A stretch of 61,711 nt of DNA, counting the filler. It is 13 parts of 13 records of this genome, joined end to end, with 100 filler letters (N's around TTAATTAATTAA, not from the genome) between each part and the next. Parts side by side here need not be neighbours in the genome. Positions count along the whole stretch, not along the records: positions 44,806 to 48,443 come from SRR7504441_22415; positions 48,544 to 53,147 come from SRR7504441_22428; positions 53,248 to 57,606 come from SRR7504441_22456; 10 more parts are not named here. One strand, 5' to 3'. A program made the position numbers and the translations under genes. Of the stretch, positions 44,976 through 56,310 are shown in pieces (position 1 is the stretch's first letter; every line of letters starts with the position of its first letter). The notes beneath the pieces are model-generated. The model worked only from the letters and a program-made list of their open reading frames with translations, had not been told where the DNA came from and did no database searches.

Positions 44976-46769
44976 ATGGCGTCGCACTTCATCAAGGCGG
45001 TGGACTTAGACGACTTCATCCGGCCGGGCCAGGCGTGCATCAAGCCCATCCAGTCTTCTGTCGCCGTCAGCCCCCCCCCCGAAGGTGCCCCGGTCCGTCT
45101 GGCACTGGCCGAGCTGCGGGCAGCTGGCGCGGGTAGAAATCGGTGCGGACGGTGAAATCGCGGAGGTACAGCAGGACGGCAACAGGACGGCGCTCCAGCG
45201 TGTGGAGGTCTCCCTGGCCGACTGTCTTGCGTGCAGGCGCCCCGCCCCGTCGCCGCCCGGCCCGAGCCAGCCTCCAGTGGCTGTGTCACCTCGGCCGAGA
45301 CTGTCCTGGTCAACCAGCAGAGTAACGCTCAGTTTCTGGCGGCGCTGGCCGCTGGGCCGGCGGGGGCGGTGGTCACTGTCTCCCCCCAATCCCGGGCAGC
45401 CCTGGCGGTCCATTACGGCTGTTCTAGCATGCAGGCGATCAGCCGGCGCGGCACCCGTTCAGCCTCGTCAGGTGACGCGCAAGCTGAAGAGCGTGTTGGG
45501 CAAGCACGGGGTGCACCTGGTGCTGGATGCCCGGTTCGGCGGTGGCCCAGTTTAGATGGGCGGACGAGTAATCCTGCGGGCAGGTGACTTGACACTGATT
45601 GAGTCGCTTGATGAGTTTGAGGAAAGGGTCCGCTCCCGGGGGCGACTGCCAATGCTAGCCTCCTCGTGCCCCGGCTGGGTGTGCTACGCTGAGAAGAAGC
45701 ATGGCGACTTCATCTTGCCGTGCGTGGTCTGGCCTCCTTGTGGCAGACTAGTGGCACAGGTACATTAGCTCTGTCAAGTCGCCTCAGCAGATGATGGGAA
45801 CTGTCGTCAAACGGCTGGTCAGCAAGAGGCTGGGCTGTACACCCAGCCAGGTGGCTAGCGCCCATCCACGGTGAGCGGGCGATGGCAGGTTTATCACGCG
45901 GCGGTGATGCCATGTTTTGATAAGAAGCTTGAAGCAACCAGGGACGACTTTTACAACGTGAGTTGTTGGCAGCCGCACCAGTGGAGGGGGGTGATAGGAT
46001 GTTCTGGGCTCGCGGGACGTCGATTCGGTGGTGACTACCTCGGAGGTCCTGGAGCTACTAGAGGGCGAGGACTGGGCGAGTATTGAAGAAGCGGCTCTCG
46101 ACCCTCTGGAAGTTATGTTCAGCAAGCTATCAGCGGACGGTTCGCAGCACACGGCTGGATCTCGAGGTGTTTCCGACGGAGTGCTTGAGTACGTGTTTCG
46201 GGGGGCGGCCGAGCGGCTTCATGGCCAGTCGCTCGGCGACGCTCCACTTGAATATAAGATCAAACGGAATAGGGACTTGCAGGAGGTGCTCGGCTCGGGC
46301 TAGGAGTGGCCTGATTGTGTGCAGGTGGTGCTGGAGAAGGATGGGCAGACGGTCCTCAAGTTTGCACTTTGTTATGGGTTTAGGAACATTCAGAATCTGG
46401 TGAAGCAAGAGAGGCTCGAGGTGTAACCAGGGATCAGGTTCGGAATATGAAGCGAGGCAAGGCCAGCGAATACCAGTTTGTGGAGGTGATGGCCTGCCCT
46501 GGTGGCTGCACCAATGGTGGCGGTCAAATCGCGCCTGAGCTCGCCAAAGAGTCGCCGCAGCAACTGGCCGATAGGGTAGCGGCTGCGTTTCACGCGGATC
46601 CGATTGAGGCACCTGAGAGCAATGCTGTACTGTTTACCAATGAGATGGGTTGATTACTAGTGTGCAGGTGGTGCAAGGGGACCCATCCAGCACGGCTCTA
46701 GCTCGACGAGAGCTGCACACAGAGTACCACCAGCGTGAAGCGCTGTCAAATGTGAATGTGGATTGGTAG
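44976..46769 (+). CDS. CIAO3: Cytosolic Fe-S assembly factor NAR1/IOP1 (hydrogenase-like), 10 introns
   Basis: [76 protein letters not shown] and LHTEYH after splicing. Confidence 0.95.
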
Positions 46770-47185
46770 CAAGATTTTAACATTGATTGGACAAGCAGTA
46801 GCTGTCTACTATTCAGTATTGGGGGTACGAAAGGGATGGTATTATCGGACTCTCGGGTCCACATGTGGTCAGTAACGTAGCCTCATAAATGGGGCTACAT
46901 GATTGTAATCGCATGCACAAGCAGACATGTATTTGGCCCGGGGTTAGCCACAGCATCCTTCCAAAGAATGTTCACGCGAGTCATGTAGACTTTAACCCCA
47001 TAATCGAATCGCCTCGGACTGGCGTTGGCGGGTCTCGTACTTAGGGATTCGGGCTTACATACCGAACTAAGCCTTTATGGCAAACCTATGCGACCCTTAG
47101 TAGTGGAGTTGTTAGGACCTTTACTTGAATAAAGCTGTTCCGGAGTCAAAAAAATACAAATACGTCAAATAAGGCTACTGGTACA

Positions 47186-47205
47186 TTAGAAGGGTATTAG
47201 AAGGG
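47186..47205. repeat. N9-TA-N9 duplication
   Basis: TTAGAAGGG-TA-TTAGAAGGG. Confidence 0.9.
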
Positions 47206-47257
47206 AGGTCTACTACTTGGAGAAACTTTGGTACATGACTAGTGGTTGTTGTGACTT

Positions 47258-47277
47258 AGGTACTAGTAAGGTACTAG
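47258..47277. repeat. N9-TA-N9 duplication
   Basis: AGGTACTAG-TA-AGGTACTAG. Confidence 0.9.
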
Positions 47278-47656
47278 TGCTAGTACTAGGCCTATTTTGT
47301 TTAGGGCCTCGGTCCTGAGTGCCTATAAATAAATCAGGATCGGAATCGGCAATGGCCGTACAGGTGTCTGAACGTACATGTCCTGAAGACGGCAGGTCAC
47401 AAGCCTTCTACCACAATCGCTGTGAGAGGGGCTGTGACCAACAAGGGCATCAAAGCACAACCATTCAACTCTGAGCGCGCACCCGTGGGCCTTGCTTCGT
47501 GGCTAAGAAGGCTCCCGTCACGTCTGAGCGCATCTGCCAGCCATCAGCTTGGTTGTTTCTAGGATCACCAGGTGTGCTGACTTGGCTTGCGGCACGTGGT
47601 GCCACTGCTTGATCTCATGCTCGTGTGCCTGTCATCCTCCTATGATACTAGCAAAT

Positions 47657-48443
47657 TCATTCACTGAACCTTGGCGTCCTGCCAGGCTTCCTTGAGCTCA
47701 TCTGGTGAATGCATCGCGCCTGCCCAGCATCTCCAAACAAACAACAAACAACCACAAAGCGGCGGCGGGTACCAGCAAACTTGTAATTAATGAGTGCCGC
47801 AATGTTGTCGATCCTCCGCTCGTCCTTGCACTTGCCCACTGGCTCATTCATTGATTCATAACCACCCAGCACCTTTCTGGATGACATCGCCTCATGCGCT
47901 GAAATCCCTGTATCTATCCCTCAGTGTTCATTAGAGTCAAATGGCACCGCGCTCGTCCTGCTGCCGCACTGGCTGGACCGGCATCACCTGCCCCAGAGAT
48001 TCCAACCAATTTAAAATACAGTATAACACCCGCAGTGTGTCCTGTGCTATGCCGCTGGCAGCAGGCCTCTTGGCCTGAGGCTTGGTGTTGTGCCCCCAGA
48101 GTGAGGCCTGGTCGCCCACAACCTCCCGACCCAGCACCGTCACCTGGTCTGCCCTGTTGGCATCCTGTCAGCCTAGCCTAATCCAGACCTAATGACCGGT
48201 GTGCAGCTGGCCGCTTGGCTAGCTTGTTCTTCGGCTGACCTGGGCACTCCCTGTCTTGCAGAATCGGATTTGACTGGTTGCAAGGCCCAGACGACCCAAC
48301 CGGCGCCGGCCGCCTTCGTTGATGTTCAAATACGGTGCTCTCAGCTTTGATCGGGTTGGGGTTTGGCGCGGCTTTGCGCGCCGGCACTGGCTCTGGCTGC
48401 GTCGACAGACCGATCTGCGCTTGTTGCATGAAGTGGCGCTTGC
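47657..48443 (-). CDS. Hypothetical multi-exon gene, 5'-truncated, boundaries uncertain
   Basis: Successive short ORFs (48178, 47937, 47657) on the same strand. Confidence 0.25.
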
Positions 48444-48887
48444 NNNNNNNNNNNNNNNNNNNNNNNNNNNNNNNNNNNNNNNNNNNNTTAATTAATTAAN
48501 NNNNNNNNNNNNNNNNNNNNNNNNNNNNNNNNNNNNNNNNNNNGCCACCACCTGGTCTGGCCGGCCGATGAGTCACTCGGCGACCCTCCCGAGCGGCACT
48601 TCTGCGGCCCCCGGCCTGCTCGCGGCTCGCCCCTCCGCCGTCTGGGCCGGTCCGGTCAGCGCGCGGCTATGGGCCTGGCCCGGGCCCGGTCACTTGCCCC
48701 ACCCCGAATCCCTGAGCCCCCAGATCTGGCCAGGGTTCCCCCCCCGCCGCGTGATTTGTACGCCCAGATCCGGCCGGTCAAGCTGGACCGGCTCAGAGTC
48801 GGCCAACCGCGCGTCTTGCTCATTCCCGCCTGGGCTTGTCCGATCTGCTCCCAGTGTCCAGACTTCGCTGGCCTCGTCGCGAGCGCG

Positions 48888-50267
48888 ATGTCTTCTGCGG
48901 TGCTCACGCGGGATCGGGGGCAGGCGCACCTCCGAATCACCTTGCTCTTTGCCGCCATCCTCGCAGTTCTCGGTGCATCCTCATTGCCCGACAGGGCAGC
49001 TCCAGTCCCAGAGGGCGGCTCTCTCTGGGAGCTGCCGGAGCGCTCGACCCCTGATACCGTGGTACCGGAGGAGCTGATTGATCCGGAGCAACAGCCTGCG
49101 CTGGGAGTTGCGATGGCGGGCGGTGGCTGGAGAGCAATGTGCTCGTCTATGGCTTTCTGGAAGGTACTGCCTCGAATCCCGGCGAGAGACCAATCGCCGT
49201 ACAGGCACTCGACCAGAGGAATAAGCTGTCCGAGCTGTCAACGATGTCCAGTGTTTCTGGAAGTTCCTGGTTCAACTCCGAGTGCGTGCTCCCGTGGTAT
49301 GGAGCCAGATGTTGTTTGACAGGTACTCGTATTCTTCAAAGTTTTACACCCAGCTGAACGACCGCACGGTGGCGGTTGGGAGCCTCTGCCTCGCGTACCT
49401 TGAACGATATTTGAGCACCTTGGCACCATCAGAGGAACACCCGAATGTCAATCGTCTGATCTCGATTGCCTCAGACCTCTTCCCCAAGTGCGCATCGGTC
49501 TATGCCTGATCCTGATTCTGACTGCTTGTCTGCAAGATACTCCAAGGCCGAGCTCGAGGGAATCGCCTATGCTCTTCTCACCTCCAAGCTGAGCTGGCAC
49601 AATGTGCAATGCTTACAGCTTAGTAGCCAAATGCTTGGCTTAGGGCTTGGGCATGCAGTTCATTTCTACAATGCTGGACGCATATCAGGAAGGCACCAGT
49701 CAGAAGCTAGCAGATCAAAACACGCGAGCCGGGTACACTCAGGCTGACCTGATATTGTGCACAAGCCTACCTCCGAAGGCAAGTCGGCCTCCCAACCGTT
49801 GGTGAATTGACCATGGTGACCTATGCAGGCCCGTGTGAACAACCCTCCTATGCAGGGCTACGATATTGAGCTGAAGTGCGACAATCCTCCTATCAACGCA
49901 GGCGTACCACTCAGGTAAGCATTGCTTGACGCGTTTATATTCTCAACGAGCTGATTCCAGGTGGGAGGTGACCAAGACCGGTGCTGGCTGGGTGGCTCCA
50001 GGAGGCGCTAAGATCAGCACCAGGACTGTGCAGAACGATGCTTGGGGCATCACCGCTGGCCAGCCGGTGCAGATTTTCTTCATGGCACCCAACACAACGC
50101 TGGGCATTGCAGTTCTCGACGAGCAGCAAGCTGAGGCATTTGGCGCTCTGTCTCAAAATGTGTGTGTGCGAAGCTAAATGGCTGCATGCTTGTAGGCAGT
50201 ATATCACTGATGCATGCAGGTGTATGACGATGCTATGGACTTGCTCGCGAGGGAGTCGATGTTTTGA
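48888..50267 (+). CDS. Lysophospholipase/cPLA2 (phospholipase B)-like protein, about 7 introns, apparently short
   Basis: N-terminal hydrophobic segment, AMAGGGWRAM and SSVSGSSW (nucleophile motif). Confidence 0.65.
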
Positions 50268-50718
50268 TTCGATATGATGTTTTAAACTATGACCAAGCGA
50301 CAAAATGCAGACGCGCATCAACTGCGGAATTGTCACAGATCAAATCCGTTCAAAGTTTTACATCAAATATGACAAGTACAGTCATACTAGTACGAGCTAT
50401 ACTGTACAAGGAGAAATCGACGAATAAATTAATTTGCACACGAAGTCTTAAACCTGGGGAACCTTTGTACGCTACCCACGTGTCTACGTGTGTCTAGCCT
50501 AGCCCTCCGTGGGGCGCCACGTTTATTTACGTGGCTATGCCATAGCTTAGCTATGACTGTACCTAGACTATGTACTCAGAGACTACTGTACGTACTCTAA
50601 CGTCCTACACCAACGTTCTCCGCTCCAGGAGCTACTGCCCCTTGGCCTTCACCGCCTGACCGCCGCCCCCGTGGCACCGGTGGCAGCAAGCCTGGCGCGG
50701 ATCAGTAACGGACTCGCG

Positions 50719-52921
50719 ATGTCGCAGCTTGCCTTCTCAGTCAAGGCGCCGGACCGTCAGCGGCTGGAGAGCTCGAGCTCTCGGCCGAGACGCCGGTGCC
50801 GGAGCTCCGGCAGCTGTTATCCGAGCAGACCGGGATCCCGGAGCCGGAGCTCAAGGTGGTCTCCAAGGGCAAAGTGCTCAAACCAGACAAGTGCCTAGGG
50901 GACTACCTCGCCGCCAGCGGCCAGACCCTGCACGTCGTCAAGACCAAACCCTCGACCGCCGCCCCGCCGGCGCCCGCCCCGCCAGTCAGCCCGGCGGCAG
51001 CGCCCTCGACCGGAGGGAACAGCACGGAACCATCGCCCGAGATGTCGGCGCTGCTGGCCACCGCGATGCAGTCTGTGGCGGACTCGCCCAGCAGAGCTGC
51101 TGTCGACAGGGCGGAGGAAGAGTCGGCGCCTGTCGATGACGTGGCGCCCGCGGCCACGGTCTCAGGGGCAGCTCAGCCCAGCAATCCCTGGGCCGACAGC
51201 CAGCCAGAGGCGCCCGGGCAGCCCAAACCGAAGAAGGCGCCCGCGCGCGGCAGCACAGGCCAGAATGCGAGTAGAGGAGCAGCAGGTGGACCGGATCTGG
51301 GCGGGTTGATGCAGGCCATGGGTCCGATGCTGTCCGGCCTATCTCGAGGGCGTGGCGGCAAAGGTGGAGGCGGGCCAGATCTGGGTGGGCTGATGCAAGC
51401 AATGGGCCCGATGCTGTCTGGTTTGAGTCAGGGGAAGGGCGGCGGTCGTGGCGGCGGCGCCCCGGATCTGGGCGGGATGATGCAGGCCATGGGCCCGATG
51501 CTGTCAGGGCTTGCTCGCGGGCGAGGTAAAGGCGGCGGCGCCCCCGGCCTGGGTGGGCTGATGCAAGCGATGGGGCCGTTGCTCGGAGGCATGGCCGGAG
51601 GCAGCGGGGCCCGCGAGCCGGCCCGCGAGCCGGTGGAGACGGTACCAGACCTGGTCTCGACAGTGCGCGACCTGCTTCCAGAGGTGGAGGACGCGATGGG
51701 CTCGTCGTCTGGGCAACCGCTCGCCCAGATCTTAGAGCTCGGAAGCGAGGAGGTGCCGCGTGGCCCGGGCCCGGCTGACGCGGCTGGCAGTACGGCGCGG
51801 CGCTGCTGGGGGATTGGTCTACCGGAGCGGCACTCGAGCTGCTCACTGGAGCGGATGACCAGTTAGTTCAGATGCACCAGAGGCTGTATCAGAGAATCTC
51901 AGATGAGGGCGAGCAGCAGGCGCTGACCGGACTGGGTCGGTCTCATGCTGGGTGCAGGTGGCTGCCGGCCTGGCCGGATGGTGTGAGGCAAAGCTGGAGG
52001 TGCCTGCTCTCCTGCAGCGTGGCTGCCTAACCCTTGTGACTAAAGGCGTTTTCGTTTCCGTTGGCTGGCGACCCGGCGGCATTCTCTGCGCTGCTCTCGC
52101 GACTCCTTAGCAAGCACGCCGGTGCGCTGCCCGGCCCGCCGGCTCTGAGCCTGAATGGTCAGCTGAACTGAGCCAGCTCGTGCTGTCTGCTGGCTCCGAC
52201 CCGAGTGGGGCCTTGTTAGCCGGGCAGCTCTCCGGGTGGGCCGTCGATTTCGGGGGGGAGGCGGTGGACGAGCTGTCACCCCTGTTCAGCGCCGGCAAGC
52301 AAGGCAGCCGGTCGGCTAGCTCTGCCGGTGACCGTGAAGTCAGGTGTTTCAGCGGCGCTCGGTGCGGTCGTGTCAGCGGCTGTGCTCGGAACGGCTCTCG
52401 AGGCTGTAACAGATGGCCTGGTCGAGTTGGTTGAGGTGGCGCTCGCAAACGCCCATTCGTCGTACAGGACGGAGCACAACGTGAGCATGCAGGATAAGCT
52501 GACAGTCAGTGAGCGGCAAGAGCTCAACACAGCGTTAGCGATGGACAAGGAAAGGCAGAGGGCAGCACCGGCGCAACGGCCGTTCAGTGATGCGTACCTC
52601 GCGGGCCAGGCCCGGTCGGCGCAGGAGGCCAAGGCTGCGGCTGCCGCGTTGCAGCAGCCGCGGGAGCTCTTGGTGGGTTTATGCTTTGAGTGAGGCTTAT
52701 GTGAGGCTTATATGTGGGTGCAGGCACGGATGGTCACAGGAGCGGCGGAGTCGAGCAAGATGAGGGTGCCAGAGAGCATGGTGCTGGAAGCTACGAGCTC
52801 GCTAAGCGACGACTACCTCGGAGTGATAGCTCGCAGCATGGGCAAGCGGGTGGCTGATGACCCGGACTACGTACCTGGGAAGCACGCGCACTTGGACCAA
52901 TTGCTTGAAAGATTCAAATGA
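50719..52921 (+). CDS. BAG6: BAG6/BAT3-like ubiquitin-like-domain protein (frameshift at about 50767-50771; introns in the 3' half)
   Basis: N-terminal UBL (TGIP...KVVSKGKVL), QRPFSDAYLAG and C-terminal KRVADDPDY, resembling the BAG6 C-terminal motifs. Confidence 0.7.
51285..51596 (+). repeat. Four coding repeats GGP(D)LGG(L/M)MQAMGP(M/L)L(S/G)G
   Basis: Repeats of about 28 aa visible in DNA and protein, with synonymous differences. Confidence 0.9.
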
Positions 52922-53099
52922 TGCATTTGAACAATGGCGGCAAACTTAGTCCTAACTTAGTCTAAACTTAATCCGTGATTAAATCATGCCGGTTAGGCCA
53001 ACTTATGGTCCCCGCCTTTGATGTGAGTGAGGAAGGATTGTAGCTACGGTAGATAATCTGACTGTAGCGGTTTGGCGTCACTTGGAACTGTACTGTATC

Positions 53100-53119
53100 G
53101 GAACTAGTTAGGAACTAGT
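53100..53119. repeat. N9-TA-N9 duplication
   Basis: GGAACTAGT-TA-GGAACTAGT. Confidence 0.9.
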
Positions 53120-53247
53120 AGCATTCATATAGGTTATGTGAGCCCTANNNNNNNNNNNNNNNNNNNNNNNNNNNNNNNNNNNNNNNNNNNNTTAATTAAT
53201 TAANNNNNNNNNNNNNNNNNNNNNNNNNNNNNNNNNNNNNNNNNNNN

Positions 53248-53749
53248 AAGCATCGACATTGGCTGCTATAGCTCCTGGGGAAAGAAGGGCAGCCATGGCG
53301 GGGATGGCACCGGAGGATAAAGCAGCAACACTTGCCGCCATGATGCGAGAGGAGAAGGCAGCGACCCTAGCAACCATGGCGCCGGAGGAGAGAACCACAG
53401 CCCTTGCAGCCATGGCACCAGAGGAGAGAACGACCGCGATGGCGGCCATGTCGCCTGAGGACAGAGCAACAACGCTCGAGGGTTTGCCAGCACAGCACAA
53501 GCAACAATTTAAGCTGGCCAAGATGTCTGAAGTGCGCCCCACCAACGGTTCTTGTTGAGGTGTCGACAGGTTGCCGGGAAGTATGGACAGGCTGGGCGTA
53601 GCATGATCCGAAAATCCAACGTGGTTAGAATCGTGGTGCCACAGCCAGATAAGGTGCCATTGGCATTCAATCGCGCGGTACGAATCCTGAGAAATCGCTC
53701 TCTACACTTGGCATGGAGCCATTGGAGAAAGAAAACTCTACCTGGCTGA
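53248..53749 (+). CDS. C-terminal part of a protein with 12-aa tandem repeats (MAPEERxxALAA-like)
   Basis: 36-nt period at about 53268-53475. A small GT-AG intron joins it to ORF 53552. Confidence 0.6.
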
Positions 53750-53947
53750 GATGAATGGGCCAAGCCAGACCGGAAACCGGACTGAATCTCGCACGCAGAG
53801 CGCGGGTTCCAAGGGTGCAGGACTGGAGGAGCTTACGAGCACCATTCGGGCGTCTTGTCTACGTAATTATACGTAATGCTTTGCTAGGTGGCATGTGCAT
53901 TAAGTTTGTGAACGGCTTAGTAATCTATTAGTTGGTGGGCTAACCCG

Positions 53948-53967
53948 TACAGCCGCTATACAGCCGC
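53948..53967. repeat. N9-TA-N9 duplication
   Basis: TACAGCCGC-TA-TACAGCCGC. Confidence 0.9.
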
Positions 53968-54029
53968 AGCTGGCTCTTGACATGCGTGGTGATTCTGGTT
54001 ATTAAATCATTCTGGTTGTCTTTGATCAA

Positions 54030-56261
54030 TCAAATGTTATTTTTATCAATGGAAACTGAACGGCGGTTGGACCTGGGTCTGCGGCCACGCTTCTTGCGAG
54101 ACTGATAGGTCTGCTCGGTCTCTGCAGACGACAGGCTGATGTTTGCTTGTGGACACTGAGGACGCTGGAGTTGCTTGAGTATCATTTTACCTGCCGCATC
54201 GCCTGAAGCCACGCACCCATCAAAGCTCGAAGAGGTGAGCCAGTCGCCACATAGAACAAGCGGTGGCGACTCCACACACAAGAGCGCGGGCTGGCCGTGC
54301 CCAACATTGGTTGTCACTCGGGACTCTTTCCACGATATCAGTTTCATCTCAACCGGTGCGATTTGAGCTATTCCTGGATAGAGCATCGCAAGTTCTCTCG
54401 TCAGCTGCTCCTGCACAGCAGCACGGCCGCCGCCTCGAATTGTAGGCCCAGCACTGCAGCCTTCTTTCTGTCGACCCGCGCCCCTGCCACCTCCTGCATT
54501 GACCCCACGATGCAACTGCCAGAACTCGACGGACGAATGCAAAACAATTGAGCAGGCTCCGGTCTGCGCTCGCTTTAGCCACTCAAGGCTGATCGAGCTG
54601 ATCAGACGCGACCTGTGTCTCACGTCTTGGACGACAGGGCCTTGGATCAGCTGGCGGACGGCCGCGCTATCAGTACCGGGCGAGAAGAACAAGCCTAGAG
54701 AAAATATCGAGCTCCATTCGACCCGTTGTAGGGCGTCGATTCGGCCGATCCCTTTGATCTTGCGGACCGCACTCGGCGGGACAGCGAGCGCCACCGCGTC
54801 GAATTCGGCTTGCTCGCCGGCGCTGCTAATGGCAGTCCAGCCGGCCGGCCGCCGCTCCAGCCGGGCCAGTCTGGTCTCGAACCGTACGGAGTCTGCCTTG
54901 CGCAGGTAGTGCTTGCACACGGCATTGGATCCTTGCACGGGCAGGTAGCAATCCGCCTCGAGCCGGCGGAGCAGCCCCTCTTGCTCGAGCTGGGCGAGTT
55001 TGGGATCCGACCCGTTCAGTTGAAGCGCCCCCATGTCGGCGGGGGCCCCGCCCTCAAACTGCGGCCGGCTGGTGGTGGTTCTGCCTCCAGCACCACGCGC
55101 CATCTCCCACACAGTCAGCCTGCAGCCTGCGAGCGCGTCCACCAGCAGTGCCCCAGTCAGTCCGGCGCCCACCACCAGCACACGACTCGCTCGCGGGACG
55201 GGAGCAGGCACATTCGCTGCCTCGTCGCACAGCCAGCCAGCGACCGCCTTCGACGCGGCCTCAGCTGATGCAGCGCATCCGCCGAAGCTCGACTCTGAAC
55301 AGTAGTCACCGCACAGCACCAGCCCCGGGCTCAGCTCAATGCAGCCCTCAGAGCCCGGGCGCGTCACCTTGGAATACTTCCAGAAGTTCACCTTAGACTC
55401 AACCACTCCCGCACTGAGCTGTCCGAGCGCCGCGCTGTCGCCGCCCGCTAGCATCTCCAACCCGGCAGTGGCCAGCGCCTCGCCGATTCGGGCCAGCCGG
55501 GCGCTGTTGGCCGGGTCAGACCGGTGGGTGGCCTTGACCGCCTGGCCGTGCCGCGCCCCAAACTCGGGGCTGCTGGTGAGCACGACAGTCGGTAGCGAGT
55601 TGCCAACGATTTTACCGTTCTGCCAGCAAGCCTCGGCGCACTCGCCTGTTGGGTCCCGTAGCACCCCATCCGACGGGAAGCGCTCGAGGCAGAGCGGCAT
55701 CAGTTCAGGCCGGAGCACCAGCGAGCAGGTGAACTGCTTGCTGTACTCCACCCGCTTCCGCTTGAGCCCAGCCCACCCGCCGGCTACAGCCCCGGCCGTG
55801 GTGCAAACCTCGGCCACCGTCCCGCTGAACACAACTGCCCGAGCCACCAGCGGCTGCTCCCGCCCGTGGCAGAACACCCGCCACGACCCGTCCTCCGCGC
55901 GTTCCACCCGCCGGACTGTGCTCCCGAACTGCAGCTCGGCTCCGGCCTCGGCCAGCAGCCACTTGCACACAGCCGAGGCTCCCGCCGGGGCCACCAGCGC
56001 CGGCCCAGCCCGGGCGAGCACCCCAGCGGCGAGCAGCGGCTGCACCAGCCAGTCAGGCCCCCGATCAAACCGCTGGAGCCCTGTGTCAAGCCGCTGGCAG
56101 TCTCCCGCGACCTCGACCCTTGCCGTGCCGGCCCGCCCGCCCGAGCCGCGCGCCTTGTCCAGCACCAGCACCCGGGCCCCAGGAAGCCTGCGTGAGACCA
56201 GCCAGGCCGCGCAGCTCCCGGTCAGACCGGCGCCGATCACCACCACCGCCTCGTCCGGCAT
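54030..56261 (-). CDS. Tandem double renalase-like FAD-dependent oxidoreductase
   Basis: Two complete units, each with V(I/V)GAGLTG, (D/E)xARGxGGR, DxG and LCGD(Y/W)..SSF.GC..S. Likely ATG at 56261. Confidence 0.85.
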   Translation of the reverse strand: MPDEAVVVIGAGLTGSCAAWLVSRRLPGARVLVLDKARGSGGRAGTARVEVAGDCQRLDTGLQRFDRGPDWLVQPLLAAGVLARAGPALVAPAGASAVCKWLLAEAGAELQFGSTVRRVERAEDGSWRVFCHGREQPLVARAVVFSGTVAEVCTTAGAVAGGWAGLKRKRVEYSKQFTCSLVLRPELMPLCLERFPSDGVLRDPTGECAEACWQNGKIVGNSLPTVVLTSSPEFGARHGQAVKATHRSDPANSARLARIGEALATAGLEMLAGGDSAALGQLSAGVVESKVNFWKYSKVTRPGSEGCIELSPGLVLCGDYCSESSFGGCAASAEAASKAVAGWLCDEAANVPAPVPRASRVLVVGAGLTGALLVDALAGCRLTVWEMARGAGGRTTTSRPQFEGGAPADMGALQLNGSDPKLAQLEQEGLLRRLEADCYLPVQGSNAVCKHYLRKADSVRFETRLARLERRPAGWTAISSAGEQAEFDAVALAVPPSAVRKIKGIGRIDALQRVEWSSIFSLGLFFSPGTDSAAVRQLIQGPVVQDVRHRSRLISSISLEWLKRAQTGACSIVLHSSVEFWQLHRGVNAGGGRGAGRQKEGCSAGPTIRGGGRAAVQEQLTRELAMLYPGIAQIAPVEMKLISWKESRVTTNVGHGQPALLCVESPPLVLCGDWLTSSSFDGCVASGDAAGKMILKQLQRPQCPQANISLSSAETEQTYQSRKKRGRRPRSNRRSVSIDKNNI

Positions 56262-56310
56262 GATCGGGTTGGCGATGACCCTGCCGGTCAAGGCTCCAAA
56301 ATCCGTTAGA

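Noticed and set aside
45084-45123. Possible GG-donor 40-nt introns (NAR1 intron 1; PIPK at ~19789)
   Set aside because: Both follow long C homopolymers prone to length error, and alternative GT or GC donors exist nearby.
55339-56310. Long antisense or overlapping ORFs (e.g. the 5' part of 55339-57159, 6513-7445, 38239-39147, 59663-61015)
   Set aside because: Shadow frames of GC-rich real genes, with no independent motifs.
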